Shown: one piece after another, positions 1 to 9,840 of the stretch
How the letters are laid out: the number at the start of each line of letters is the position of its first letter
How positions within the stretch are numbered: position 1 is the first letter of the stretch
Origin: an uncultured Geobacteraceae bacterium
GTDB lineage: Bacteria; Desulfobacterota; Desulfuromonadia; Geobacterales; Geobacteraceae
Length of the DNA: 64,000 nucleotides
NCBI GenBank assembly: GCA_964649725.1
Contig: CAZYTM010000001.1
Coordinates: 749,675-813,674, forward strand
Reading direction: 5' to 3'
The notes under the pieces: model-generated
What the model saw: the letters and a program-made list of their open reading frames with translations, nothing else
Told to the model about the DNA's origin: nothing
The model's database searches: none
Made by a program: the position numbers and the translations under genes

Positions 1-3000
1 TACAGGACCGGAACATATACTATTCAGGTCATGGCTCGCAACATCGGTTCAACTTTACCGAACGAGGCGGTGGAAAATGTATTATATACCATTACCCCTC
101 CTGAAGCCGCTTCCGGCACACCACTTGCCGTTATAAGTGGCGCACCATCCAGTCTTACGAATCTCTCCAATCCGGTTATTTCGGTTTCAGGCAATAATGT
201 CGTAGCCTATAAATATAAACTTGATAACAGAAGTTATTCCGCCGAACTACCTGTCAATATACCGATAAAATTTTCTGCTGAAGTCACAATGTTAGGGGCT
301 ACCTACACAGCTGGGACACCTTCCTTGCAAGCTTATCTTGATAGTCGTGCCAATAATATCGGTTCAATAACCATGAATAATGTGACAATAGATACACCGG
401 TAGTATTTCTGTTAAACAAGATGAGAGTGGCTCTGGAGGATGATAATATACTTAACATTACCGGTTCGAATCTGGAGAATCTTGCGTTAGAAATGAACAC
501 TCCTCTCTCTCCAGAAGGGGATGCAAATTCTGACCTGGCAAGCTTTTCCGTATCAGGAGGGAGGCTATTTAAAGTTACTGGGCAAGAATATAACTATACT
601 CTGGAAATTCTTGCGTCGAGTGATTCTGTTGCAATTAAAACAAAAGCAGCAGATCCCCGCACTCTGGTGGCAATCAATGGTATATTAGCAGACTCTGGCA
701 GTTCATATCCGGTCACGGTTTATGACGGAGCAAATATCATAATTGAGACAACAGCGCCAGACGGGATGGGGACCAATAGTTATTCTATTAAAGTACATGT
801 AAATTCTGCTCTTAAATCAACTACCAGCTATAGCGGCTATTATTTGAAGACATATTCTCCGCAGACCGATTACATCCGTATCTCTAATCGTGGAGCAGCA
901 GCTGCTAAGCTAGTGCCGGATCTGAATAATTCGCTTTTAGCATCCAATCAGGATATTTATAACGAAATCATGGGAGCTCCCCCTGAGTTCATCGATGAGC
1001 CACTCTGGCGTAGGACATGGCGTTTTGTCAGAGACAACAGATATCATTGGTATCCAATATCGCCATACGCATGGTCAGAATCAACTCCGGCGATGTTTTT
1101 TAATTCAATCGGATTTGGATTTTGCGATGACTCAGCCGTATTGTTCTGCGAGTTGATGACTTCTTTCGGCTACCAGTCGCGAGTATGGGGATTGAATGGA
1201 CATGTCGTTGCAGAGACATATGCAAGTGGCAGATGGGAGATGTACGACCCTGATCTGCAGGTCTATTATTATAACCGCAATGGCCAGGTTGCCAATGTTG
1301 CTGAGCTGGCAACGAGTCCGGAGTTGATAACCAATCCTATTAATCCGGTTTATGATATTACGCAGACGGCATATTCTCAACTGGTTGCGGGTCTTTACTC
1401 CTCCTCCAGTGACAACGTTATATATGCTTGCAATAGCAGTGCGATAGTCAATTACACGCCACAAGTTGAGATTCCGGCTGGAGGGACTCTGGAGTTCCCG
1501 GCAGTCTTTGCTTCTCCAGTACGCACCATTGAATCATCAGAGGCTCCTTCCTATACTAATGCAAGACTTAATATCCTTGCTGGCTGGACAGGATCTATAA
1601 CTACACCATTTGTTATTCACTCAATTGGCTATGATGGGCCGCAAACATTGTCAGTAATAGCCAAGGACATCAACGGGAACTGGCAAGCTCTCCCTACGAC
1701 ATCCAGTTGGACAACGGAAAGTTCGACAAAGCCGGTCACCAAGGTATATCAAAGCAAAGCTGGCAGACCAGTGACCCTCTCGGCAAACAGACCGGCTATT
1801 ATATTCTATACGACTGATGGCACCACTCCTACCAAGAGTTCTCCAAGATATCGCCTCCCTATAGAAATTACAGCTGTAGCCCAAATTAAATTTTTCGCTA
1901 TTGATCTGGCAGGGAACAGTGAAGCAGTCAGGACATTCACCCCATTGCAGATAGTTCCTCCAAGCAGTATTACACTGACTATGACAAAAAATTCGCCACA
2001 GATGGCAGGCACATCTATCACCTTCTCAGCGGTAGTGAGCGGCGGTTCTGGCGATTGTGAATATTATTATACTTACCGTAACCCTGTAACTGCTAAATGG
2101 TATGTGGGACAGTCCTACAGCAGTTCTGCAACCTGGATCTGGGATACTTCAGGTTTTGACAGTGGCGTTTACTCAGTTCAGGTCTGGGCCAGGAGTGTAG
2201 GCTCAACAGCCTCTTACGAGGTGTATAAAGGTATTTCCTATACGCTTAATCCGTCATCATTAGACGGGGTAACACTGACTATGGATAGAGCTTCTCCGCA
2301 GACCATGGGGGCAGTAATTACTTATTCAGCAGCAGCAAGCGGAGGGACCGGGAACTATCAGTATTATTTCCGTTTTCGGAACAATACTAGCGGTATGATG
2401 AGTGATGGGCAGGCATACAGCAGCAATTCAAGCTGGAGTTGGAATACATCAGGAGTTGATCCCGGTTCATACACGGTTGAGGTTCTGGCGCGAAATGCAG
2501 GCGCCAATGTCAGCTATGAAGCAATTAAGAGCGTTAATTTTGTTCTCTTCCCGCCTGCCAATGATCTGACCTTAACCATGGACAAGATTTCGCCATTGAA
2601 ACAGGGTACGGTTGTCAATTTTAGTGCTGCAGCGGGAGGCGGTTCTGGTAGTTATGACTACTCCTACCGAATCAGAAATCAGCTTAGCGGAAACTGGAGT
2701 GAAGTCAGACCATACGAAGCGAAAGCTTCCTGGGTTTGGAATACTGTAAATGTTGAACCAGGGTCATATATTATTGAAGTCTTGACACGCAATGCTGTTT
2801 CAACAACAATCAGTGAAGCAGAGCGACAATTGGCAATTACCGTTACAGCATCTGATGGAGACGTGGATGATGATGGTCAGATTACGATAATGGACGCTCT
2901 GAGAATCCTGCGTATTGCTATTGGCATGTATCCGGCCACGCCAATTGACCTTCTCCATGGAGATGTGGCACCTCTGGTAAATGGGCAAACTGCGCCAGAT

Positions 3001-3078
3001 GGTCGTTTGAATATTACGGACGCATTGTTCGTATTTCGTAAAGCTTTAGGCATGTCAAGCTGGCAGGAGCAACTCTGA
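1..3078 (+). CDS. Large secreted/cell-surface multidomain protein, 5'-truncated by the window edge: cadherin-like beta-sandwich, transglutaminase-like Cys-protease core, CHB_HEX_C-like domain, three Y_Y_Y-type Ig repeats, C-terminal dockerin
   Basis: Frame 1 is open from nt 1. The codons before the ATG at 31 (GTYTIQV-MARNIGSTLPNE) align with the ends of the internal repeats, so the gene starts upstream of the window. Cys-His-Asp core: GFCDDSAVLFCELM...GHVVAE...YDPD. Dockerin loops: DGDVDDDGQITIMDALRIL and PDGRLNITDALFVF. Stop at 3078. Confidence 0.8.
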   Translation, partial: YRTGTYTIQVMARNIGSTLPNEAVENVLYTITPPEAASGTPLAVISGAPSSLTNLSNPVISVSGNNVVAYKYKLDNRSYSAELPVNIPIKFSAEVTMLGATYTAGTPSLQAYLDSRANNIGSITMNNVTIDTPVVFLLNKMRVALEDDNILNITGSNLENLALEMNTPLSPEGDANSDLASFSVSGGRLFKVTGQEYNYTLEILASSDSVAIKTKAADPRTLVAINGILADSGSSYPVTVYDGANIIIETTAPDGMGTNSYSIKVHVNSALKSTTSYSGYYLKTYSPQTDYIRISNRGAAAAKLVPDLNNSLLASNQDIYNEIMGAPPEFIDEPLWRRTWRFVRDNRYHWYPISPYAWSESTPAMFFNSIGFGFCDDSAVLFCELMTSFGYQSRVWGLNGHVVAETYASGRWEMYDPDLQVYYYNRNGQVANVAELATSPELITNPINPVYDITQTAYSQLVAGLYSSSSDNVIYACNSSAIVNYTPQVEIPAGGTLEFPAVFASPVRTIESSEAPSYTNARLNILAGWTGSITTPFVIHSIGYDGPQTLSVIAKDINGNWQALPTTSSWTTESSTKPVTKVYQSKAGRPVTLSANRPAIIFYTTDGTTPTKSSPRYRLPIEITAVAQIKFFAIDLAGNSEAVRTFTPLQIVPPSSITLTMTKNSPQMAGTSITFSAVVSGGSGDCEYYYTYRNPVTAKWYVGQSYSSSATWIWDTSGFDSGVYSVQVWARSVGSTASYEVYKGISYTLNPSSLDGVTLTMDRASPQTMGAVITYSAAASGGTGNYQYYFRFRNNTSGMMSDGQAYSSNSSWSWNTSGVDPGSYTVEVLARNAGANVSYEAIKSVNFVLFPPANDLTLTMDKISPLKQGTVVNFSAAAGGGSGSYDYSYRIRNQLSGNWSEVRPYEAKASWVWNTVNVEPGSYIIEVLTRNAVSTTISEAERQLAITVTASDGDVDDDGQITIMDALRILRIAIGMYPATPIDLLHGDVAPLVNGQTAPDGRLNITDALFVFRKALGMSSWQEQL
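1963..2847 (+). repeat. Three tandem, diverged ~100-codon repeats encoding Ig-like (Y_Y_Y/triple-tyrosine type) domains inside the surface-protein gene
   Basis: Repeat units: TLTMTKNSPQMAGTSITFSAVVSGGSGDCEYYYTYRN...GVYSVQVWARSVGSTASYE; TLTMDRASPQTMGAVITYSAAASGGTGNYQYYFRFRN...GSYTVEVLARNAGANVSYE; TLTMDKISPLKQGTVVNFSAAAGGGSGSYDYSYRIRN...GSYIIEVLTRNAVSTTISE. Confidence 0.85.
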
Positions 3079-3113
3079 AGGCATTTATGAATAAATATTC
3101 CCAAATGTCGATT

Positions 3114-3827
3114 TTATTTAGGTAAACCTAGAAAAAATAGCAACCTATCCATGGAACTGTTGACCACCTGCTCTTCCCGGACCCCAGCTTCGCTCAGTAC
3201 AGCAATGGCATCAGTAAACTCGCCAACCCCTTGAGCAATATGGGCGTCACTGCCGACCACAACCGGAGCACCTGAACTGGCCAAGAGCCGGGCCAATTGT
3301 TCGCAGTTGGGTCTGCTGCCATATCTGCTGATGGAGAATGAGGCATTGTTGATCTCCAGCGCAGTTAGGGTCTCAGCTGCCACCTTAGCCACTACCTCGT
3401 AATCAAAGGTGAAGAGTGGATTGCCGGGATGGGAGATCGCCTTGATAAAAGGATTGTGCATGGCAGCAATTGCTGCATCAGTATTAGCAGACCGTCCCAA
3501 CCCATCCATACCGCAACCTTCATGCAGACCGGCCATAACGAAATCGAGTCGTTGCAGATAATGATCCGGCAGATCGACAGTACCCTTTCGGTCTATAATA
3601 TTTACTTCAGCCCCGAGAAATATGCGCACTCCATGGATCTCCTGGGGGATAAAGCGAAGGGCTGCAAAGTGATAATGATGCGGCCCACCTGGCAGTGCTG
3701 GCCCGTGATCGGTTATCGCCAGGCCGGCCAGACCTTTACGTGCCGCCTCGGCAGCCAATTCATTGACAGTTGAATAGGCATGCCCAGAGGCAATGGTGTG
3801 AGTGTGCATATCGACGACGATTCTCAT
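3114..3827 (-). CDS. PHP-domain phosphoesterase (YcdX-like)
   Basis: N-terminal VDMHTHTIASGHAYS and ITDHGP, later GSDAH; these are typical PHP metal-binding His/Asp motifs. The ORF extends to 3851, but MRIVVDMHTHT (3827) matches usual family starts. Confidence 0.75.
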   Translation of the reverse strand: MRIVVDMHTHTIASGHAYSTVNELAAEAARKGLAGLAITDHGPALPGGPHHYHFAALRFIPQEIHGVRIFLGAEVNIIDRKGTVDLPDHYLQRLDFVMAGLHEGCGMDGLGRSANTDAAIAAMHNPFIKAISHPGNPLFTFDYEVVAKVAAETLTALEINNASFSISRYGSRPNCEQLARLLASSGAPVVVGSDAHIAQGVGEFTDAIAVLSEAGVREEQVVNSSMDRLLFFLGLPK

Positions 3828-3948
3828 TAACCCACTATTCCATACGCGCAATTAAAAGTCAAGGCGCATGGGACGGCTGTCGGGGCTGATTGCATTGTTG
3901 TAAAAGCAGGCTAGAATTGATGCAAAAGTCAACTCAGGGGGTTGTTAC

Positions 3949-5439
3949 ATGGAATTGCTGGTTAAGGTTGCTGACCCGTTACAGGAGAACTCTCCGGCTC
4001 TGGTAGTGGGTTGTTGCGAAGGAGAGCTGCAGGAAAAACAGTTTGCCAAACTGAACAAGTCAATAGGTGGGGCGTTGACGATACTTCAGGTGCAGCAGGA
4101 GTTCAGTGGCAAGATAGGCACTACAAAACTGCTCCACACTTTGGGGTGTTTGCCTGCAGCCCGGCTATTGCTGGTTGGTCTTGGCCCACGTGAGGGGCTG
4201 ACATCAGATATATTCCGCCAGGCTGCTGGTACTGCTGCTAGAGTTCTTGCCAGTGCTGGTTTGGATCGCTGTTGTTCGGTGCTGCAGCAATCCGGTCTTG
4301 TAGAAGACGAAGCGATTAAAGCGGTGGCTGAAGGTTTCTGGCTTGGCGGCTATACTTTTGACAGCTACAAAAGCAAGAAAAAGGAACAGCCTGGTTTGCA
4401 GGAGACAACGCTGTTGGTTCAGACAGAGCGTCGCCGACAGCAAGTAACTGATTTGCTGGATCAGGTGCGCAAAATCTGCAGTGCGGTATCTTTTGCCCGT
4501 GATCTGGTATCGCAGCCTGCAAATGTGGCGATTCCGAGCTATCTGGCGGATCAGGCTCTGGCAATTTCAGGCAGTCATGGTATCGGCTGTCACATTTTGG
4601 CTGAGGACCAGCTGGAAGAGCTTGGCATGGCAGCATTGCTTGCGGTTGGTAAGGGGTCTCATAACCCACCAAGGCTTATAGTCCTCGAATATCAAGGGGG
4701 AGAAAAACAGGCCAGGCCGGTGGTGCTGGTTGGAAAGGGTATTACCTTCGACTCCGGAGGGATTTCACTCAAGCCACGTGAAGGTATGGAAAGGATGAAA
4801 GACGACATGGCCGGTGGTGCGGCAGTAATGGCCACGGTGCAGGCAGCGGCAGCACTCCGGTTGCCGGTAAATCTGATTGGTCTGGTGGCAGCGGCGGAGA
4901 ACCTCCCCGGTGGCGGCGCCTACAAACCAGGTGATGTGATCAGATCTATGTCAGGGAAGACTATCGAAATCGTCAACACTGATGCTGAGGGGCGGATGGT
5001 GCTTTGTGATGCCCTACACTATGCGCAGCGCTACAAACCGTTAGTGCTGATTGACCTTGCCACACTGACCGGAGCCTGTGTTGTAGCTCTTGGCTATGAA
5101 GCCACCGGGCTGATGGGGAATAATGCCACCCTGAAACGCTTTTTACGTAAGGCCGGTGATATTTGTGGCGAAAGGCTATGGGAACTACCACTCTGGGAGG
5201 AATATGGCGAACTGATGAAAAGCGACATAGCTGACCTGAAGAACGCCGGAGGGGCAACTGCGGGGACTATTACCGCAGGCTGGTTCCTTCAGCAGTTTGT
5301 TGCCAAGACAAACTGGGCGCACCTTGATATAGCCGGTACAGCTTGGGAAGAGAAAGGGCGGGGCTATCTGCCGAAAGGAGCAACAGGTGTCGGGGTGAGG
5401 TTGTTGGTTGAATATCTACGAGGTGTGGCGCGAGGTTAA
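3949..5439 (+). CDS. pepA: Leucyl aminopeptidase (M17)
   Basis: M17 signature VNTDAEGRMVLCDAL, GKGITFDSGGISLKP, MKDDMAGGAAV; 496 aa. Confidence 0.9.
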   Translation: MELLVKVADPLQENSPALVVGCCEGELQEKQFAKLNKSIGGALTILQVQQEFSGKIGTTKLLHTLGCLPAARLLLVGLGPREGLTSDIFRQAAGTAARVLASAGLDRCCSVLQQSGLVEDEAIKAVAEGFWLGGYTFDSYKSKKKEQPGLQETTLLVQTERRRQQVTDLLDQVRKICSAVSFARDLVSQPANVAIPSYLADQALAISGSHGIGCHILAEDQLEELGMAALLAVGKGSHNPPRLIVLEYQGGEKQARPVVLVGKGITFDSGGISLKPREGMERMKDDMAGGAAVMATVQAAAALRLPVNLIGLVAAAENLPGGGAYKPGDVIRSMSGKTIEIVNTDAEGRMVLCDALHYAQRYKPLVLIDLATLTGACVVALGYEATGLMGNNATLKRFLRKAGDICGERLWELPLWEEYGELMKSDIADLKNAGGATAGTITAGWFLQQFVAKTNWAHLDIAGTAWEEKGRGYLPKGATGVGVRLLVEYLRGVARG

Positions 5440-5449
5440 CGAATGTAAG

Positions 5450-5483
5450 AAAAAAGGGGGACATGGTTATGCCCCCCTTTTTT
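5450..5483. terminator. Bidirectional rho-independent terminator between convergent pepA and atpE
   Basis: A6-G5 / 12-nt loop / C5-6-T6 hairpin (aaaaaaggggg...cccccctttttt), giving a U-run on both strands. Confidence 0.7.
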
Positions 5484-5498
5484 CATGTGAGCAGAGTT

Positions 5499-5780
5499 TT
5501 ACTTCGGAATTGCACCGACGACGGCCTTGGCCAGTTCCTTGACGCCAAACGGATCAGCGTAGAGGATGATCAGGCAGATGACGAGAGCGTAGATGGCGAG
5601 CGACTCGATCATCGCCAGACCGATCATCATGGTGGTGAGGATCTTGCCGGAAGCGCCAGGGTTACGGGAAACGCCTTCAACCGCGCTTTTGACGGCTAGG
5701 CCCTGACCGATACCGGTCCCTACTGTTCCGAGTGCCATGCCGATACCGGCGGCCAGAACGCACATGGTGAAAAAACTCAT
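5499..5780 (-). CDS. atpE: F0F1 ATP synthase subunit c
   Basis: Two-helix proteolipid with GIGQGLA loop-proximal helix, RNPG polar loop and carboxylate helix LAMIESLAIYALV; sits next to subunit a. Confidence 0.9.
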   Translation of the reverse strand: MSFFTMCVLAAGIGMALGTVGTGIGQGLAVKSAVEGVSRNPGASGKILTTMMIGLAMIESLAIYALVICLIILYADPFGVKELAKAVVGAIPK

Positions 5781-5873
5781 TGTCCTTCCTCCTTCTTTGG
5801 TTGTGATTTCCTAAACAGTATAGGAATTGTATATTGGTGATTAAATTGGATTATACCGCTACACTTATTTTGG

Positions 5874-6563
5874 TCAGTGTGCTTCCTCCAGCGACCCCTG
5901 GATATAGATCATTGCCAGCAGCATAAAGACAAATGCTTGGATAAATGAAACCAGGATACCCATCAGCATCATCGGCAGCGGTACCAGAAACGGCGCCAGA
6001 CCGAAGAAGATCATCAGCACCAATTCATGACCGTTCATATTGCCGAAGAGACGGAGCGTCAGGGAGATGACCCGGGAGAGATGGCCGATAACCTCGATAA
6101 AAAACATGATCGGTGCCAGCCACATGATAGGTCCGAGAAAATGTTTAATATATTTGATGCCATGCTCTTTAACCCCTACTACATGAGTGGTGACGAAGAC
6201 TATCACTGCGCAGGCGGCAGTAGTGTTGATATTGGCGGTAGGTGGAAAGAAGCCGGGGATCAGACCGATAAGGTTTGAGACGAGGATAAATATGGCCAGA
6301 GTGGCGATGAGTGGGAAAAATGGCCGGCCATGCTCACCCATGGTTTCAGTGACCATGTTTTCTATGCCGCCGACTACGACTTCCATGAAGTTCTGCATCC
6401 CGTTCGGCACAGTCTGCAGATTGTTAGTCGTCAGTTTGGCTACGATGGCCAGCAGAATGATAATCAACCAGGTGTAGGCGATGGCGTCGGCACTCGCACC
6501 TTTGATATTTAGTGGTGCGAGGAGTTCGCGGAAAAACTGTAAAAACAGCAGGGGGTGAATCAT
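5874..6563 (-). CDS. atpB: F0F1 ATP synthase subunit a
   Basis: Polytopic 229-aa protein with the subunit-a motif [17 protein letters not shown] (essential Arg) and C-terminal LLAMIYIQ. Confidence 0.9.
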   Translation of the reverse strand: MIHPLLFLQFFRELLAPLNIKGASADAIAYTWLIIILLAIVAKLTTNNLQTVPNGMQNFMEVVVGGIENMVTETMGEHGRPFFPLIATLAIFILVSNLIGLIPGFFPPTANINTTAACAVIVFVTTHVVGVKEHGIKYIKHFLGPIMWLAPIMFFIEVIGHLSRVISLTLRLFGNMNGHELVLMIFFGLAPFLVPLPMMLMGILVSFIQAFVFMLLAMIYIQGSLEEAH

Positions 6564-6955
6564 GCCCTATCCTCCTTATGAATCAACCGGTAAACGGCCA
6601 AAATAGTAATTGTTATGACGATTACAGAGAGACCGATTAGTAAGCCAGCTATATTGACCGATTTGGAGATGATCAGCAGGCTAAGCAGGATCGCCAGAAT
6701 GGCCAAGCGCAGAAGGTAGCGAAGTAACGCAAACCTGCTGGCCCTCTCTATGTCAAGTAGCAACGCCCTTTTCATGATACTAAGCAGCCAGTAGTAGTTG
6801 GCAATTGCCAAAATACCACCAACCAGAATACTAATCGCTGTTTTCAGGCCTACAAAGAGCAGACCGGCCAACGAGACTAATGCAAGAACTACCCAGATAC
6901 CACGCAACAACCGATTAAAGAAATTATCGTCGACTATCTTTACCAGATCCGTCAC
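6560..6955 (-). CDS. atpI: ATP synthase protein I (AtpI-like small membrane protein)
   Basis: 131 aa with 4 predicted TM helices, directly upstream of and overlapping atpB by 4 nt. GTG start. Position and topology are typical of atpI. Confidence 0.55.
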   Translation of the reverse strand: MTDLVKIVDDNFFNRLLRGIWVVLALVSLAGLLFVGLKTAISILVGGILAIANYYWLLSIMKRALLLDIERASRFALLRYLLRLAILAILLSLLIISKSVNIAGLLIGLSVIVITITILAVYRLIHKEDRA

Positions 6956-7178
6956 GTTTTATTTCCCGGCCGGCAATGATGAATATATTACGAAACCCGG
7001 CGGCAATCCCAATAAATAGAAAGATAAAGAAGAAATATTTTGTCCCGAGCCACTTGTCCAACTGCAAGCCGATCCAGACACCGATGGCAATGGCCAGAGC
7101 CACAGAAATCCCCATACTGGAGACAAGACCGAGGGTTTTAATGAGACTTTTTTTGTTGTCATCCATTATGGCTGCCAT
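6924..7178 (-). CDS. AtpZ/ATPase_gene1-family small membrane protein
   Basis: Two TM helices (MGISVALAIAIGVWIGLQLDKWLGT..FFFIFLFIGIAAGFRN), typical of the putative F0F1-ATPase subunit family found upstream of atpI. The start is uncertain (7178, 7166 or the alternative start at 7208). Confidence 0.5.
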   Translation of the reverse strand: MAAIMDDNKKSLIKTLGLVSSMGISVALAIAIGVWIGLQLDKWLGTKYFFFIFLFIGIAAGFRNIFIIAGREIKRDGSGKDSRR

Positions 7179-7312
7179 GGCGTGCAAGCGGTACCGGCAT
7201 AAAACCAAAACTTAATAACATAACTGAGCAGCCATGTCAACTCAAAATCAGATGCAATGCCAGAAGGTTATTGGTGAGCCGCAGAAGTCAGTGTAATAGC
7301 TCTATCGCATGG

Positions 7313-8596
7313 TCAGAGACTTTTAAAGGCCTTTCTTGCAGCAGCGATTGTCTTTTCGATGTCGTCGTCCGAGTGGGCGATGGAGACAAAGGCAGTTTCG
7401 AACTGGGAAGGTGCCAGGTATATCCCCTGTTCAAGCATGGCACGGAAATAAGCGGCAAATGCCTTGGTGTCACAGGTTGCGGCACTAGACCAGTCATGGA
7501 CTTCATTGGCAGTGAAGAAGGCGCAGAACATACTCCCCACCCTTGTGGGGAAGATCTGATAGCCAGCATCCTTAGCAGCCTTGGCTATACCTGCAGCGAG
7601 AAAAGAGCTCTTCTCTTCCAGTTTTTGATAAAAGCCCTTTTCCTGCAAGACCTTCAGGGTTTCTATCCCTGCGGTCATGGCTAGTGGGTTGCCTGAAAGG
7701 GTGCCTGCCTGATATACACCCCCGGCCGGGGAAAGGAGTTGCATGATCTCTTTCTTGCCACCAAAGGCACCGACCGGCAGCCCCCCGCCAATAATCTTGC
7801 CCAGGGTAGTCATGTCCGGAGTAACGCCATAAAGTTCCTGGGCGCCGCCATAGGCAACTCGGAAACCGGTCATCACTTCGTCGAATATCAGCACAATCCC
7901 TTCATAGGAGCAGAGAGAGCGTAAGCCCTCGAGAAATCCATCCTGCGGTGGAACAGTCCCCATATTGCCTGCTATAGGTTCGACTATGATGCACGCTACC
8001 TGGCCGGAGTTTTCACGCACCAGTTTCTTTACCGAAGAGAGGTCATTGAAATTGGCAGTCAATGTGTGCTTAGCAATATCTTCCGGTACACCGGGGGAGT
8101 CTGGGACGCCGAAAGTGGCGGCCCCTGAACCGGCTTTTACCAGCAGTGCATCGGAGTGACCATGATAGCAGCCGGAAAATTTTATAATTTTGTCCCTGTT
8201 GGTAAAGCCTCGAGCCAGTCGGATGGCGCTCATGGTTGCTTCGGTTCCGGAACTGACCATACGCACCATTTCAATGGAAGGAACCGCATTGATGACCATT
8301 TCTGCTAGTTTTACTTCCAGTTCGGTCGGTGCCCCAAAGCTGCTGCCGTCTGCCACGGCGGCTTGCACTGCTTTGACCACCTGTGGGGGACAATGCCCCA
8401 GGATCATAGGACCCCAGGAACCGACATAATCTATGAAAGAGTTGTCATCGGCATCGAAAAGCCTAGAACCGGCGGCTTTTTTTATAAAGAGGGGGTCTAT
8501 ACCGACAGATTTGAAGGCTCGTACCGGGCTATTCACCCCACCAGGGATGACGGCCTGTGCTTCCTTAAATAATTGCTGGGAACGATTGGTATTCAT
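7313..8596 (-). CDS. hemL: Glutamate-1-semialdehyde 2,1-aminomutase
   Basis: Full-length match to the HemL pattern: [36 protein letters not shown]-Lys region [17 protein letters not shown]. The ATG at 8596 has a GAGGTG SD; the ORF extends to 8611. Confidence 0.95.
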   Translation of the reverse strand: MNTNRSQQLFKEAQAVIPGGVNSPVRAFKSVGIDPLFIKKAAGSRLFDADDNSFIDYVGSWGPMILGHCPPQVVKAVQAAVADGSSFGAPTELEVKLAEMVINAVPSIEMVRMVSSGTEATMSAIRLARGFTNRDKIIKFSGCYHGHSDALLVKAGSGAATFGVPDSPGVPEDIAKHTLTANFNDLSSVKKLVRENSGQVACIIVEPIAGNMGTVPPQDGFLEGLRSLCSYEGIVLIFDEVMTGFRVAYGGAQELYGVTPDMTTLGKIIGGGLPVGAFGGKKEIMQLLSPAGGVYQAGTLSGNPLAMTAGIETLKVLQEKGFYQKLEEKSSFLAAGIAKAAKDAGYQIFPTRVGSMFCAFFTANEVHDWSSAATCDTKAFAAYFRAMLEQGIYLAPSQFETAFVSIAHSDDDIEKTIAAARKAFKSL

Positions 8597-8803
8597 GCGG
8601 CACCTCATCAATAATTAAATAGAGTTTTATAAAATAAATAATTGCATATCTTATATTGGTTTGAAATTTCAGGGGGGTTGTTAACATAGATGTTTCAGTT
8701 GTGTCAAGAACTAATCCGAACGGCACATGGGACGCCATCCTATAGGTAAAACAACAATTCTTTCTATTAAAGATATGGAATTAAAAATTAGAAATTTTTT
8801 TCC

Positions 8804-8832
8804 TTGACAAAGTTTTCGAAATGAAATAAGTT
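8804..8832 (+). promoter_or_regulatory. Candidate sigma70 promoter of the nuo operon (TTGACA-N17-TAAGTT)
   Basis: Perfect -35 hexamer and 17-nt spacer about 100 nt upstream of nuoA. The -10 is only moderate. Confidence 0.3.
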
Positions 8833-8929
8833 TCGTCCAATTGTATACAGTATACGATTTGCCGAAACCGTATCCCGACAGAGTTTCAAAGGGATTATGG
8901 GAGGCAAAATTACTTTTTGGAGGATACAG

Positions 8930-9301
8930 ATGCTCGGCGCTTATCTGCCCATAGTACTCCTGATGTTGATAGCCATAGGGTTTGGCTGTTGCTCGTTGGT
9001 CTTCTCCTCCCTCATCGGCCCGAAGAAGCCGAGCGAGGTCAAGCTTGCCCCCTACGAGTGTGGTTGCGAACCGGTCGGTACAGCCCGGGAACGTTTTTCC
9101 ATTAAATTTTATATCATCGCCATGCTATTCATCCTGTTCGATATTGAAGCGGTGTTTCTCTATCCCTGGGCAGTAATTTTCAAGAAGTTTATCAAGGCCG
9201 GCCTTGGGACCTTTGTTTTCGTGGAGATGATGGTCTTCATCATAATACTCTTTGTCGGTTACATTTACGTCTGGAAAAAAGGAGCCTTGGAATGGGAGTA
9301 G
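8930..9301 (+). CDS. nuoA: NADH-quinone oxidoreductase subunit A
   Basis: ND3-like 3-TM protein ([26 protein letters not shown]). GGAGGA SD 6 nt before the ATG at 8930; the ORF opens at 8897. Confidence 0.9.
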   Translation: MLGAYLPIVLLMLIAIGFGCCSLVFSSLIGPKKPSEVKLAPYECGCEPVGTARERFSIKFYIIAMLFILFDIEAVFLYPWAVIFKKFIKAGLGTFVFVEMMVFIIILFVGYIYVWKKGALEWE

Positions 9302-9804
9302 AGCAACCACTGGGTGATAACATTATCACCGCGTCGCTGGACGGCCTGGTAAACTGGGCCAGAAAGTCCTCCATCTGGCCGATGACCTTTGGTCTTGCCT
9401 GTTGCGCCATTGAGATGATGGCGACCGGGGCATCCCACAACGACCTCGACCGCTTTGGCATAATCTTTCGCGCCTCCCCTCGCCAGTCAGACTGCATCAT
9501 TATTGCTGGGACAGTTACCAAGAAGATGCTGCCTATCATTAAGACTGTATACGAGCAGATGCCGGAACCGAAATGGGTTATTGCCATGGGTGCCTGTGCC
9601 TGTTCGGGCGGAGTATTTGATACTTACAGTGTGGTGCAGGGAATCGATGAGGCGTTGCCGGTAGATGTCTATATACCAGGATGTCCGCCGCGGCCTGAGG
9701 CGCTCCTTTTTGGGCTCATGAAGTTACAGGACAAGATCATGAAGGATCGTAATTCCTTCGGTTCGACCATCGGTCTTGGTGACAGGATTGAATCGGCTGC
9801 CTAG
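9292..9804 (+). CDS. nuoB: NADH-quinone oxidoreductase subunit B
   Basis: N2 cluster motifs [26 protein letters not shown]. Confidence 0.95.
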   Translation: MGVEQPLGDNIITASLDGLVNWARKSSIWPMTFGLACCAIEMMATGASHNDLDRFGIIFRASPRQSDCIIIAGTVTKKMLPIIKTVYEQMPEPKWVIAMGACACSGGVFDTYSVVQGIDEALPVDVYIPGCPPRPEALLFGLMKLQDKIMKDRNSFGSTIGLGDRIESAA

Positions 9805-9840
9805 TCTGCGGGTTAATCAATTAAGGGAAAAGGTACGGTT

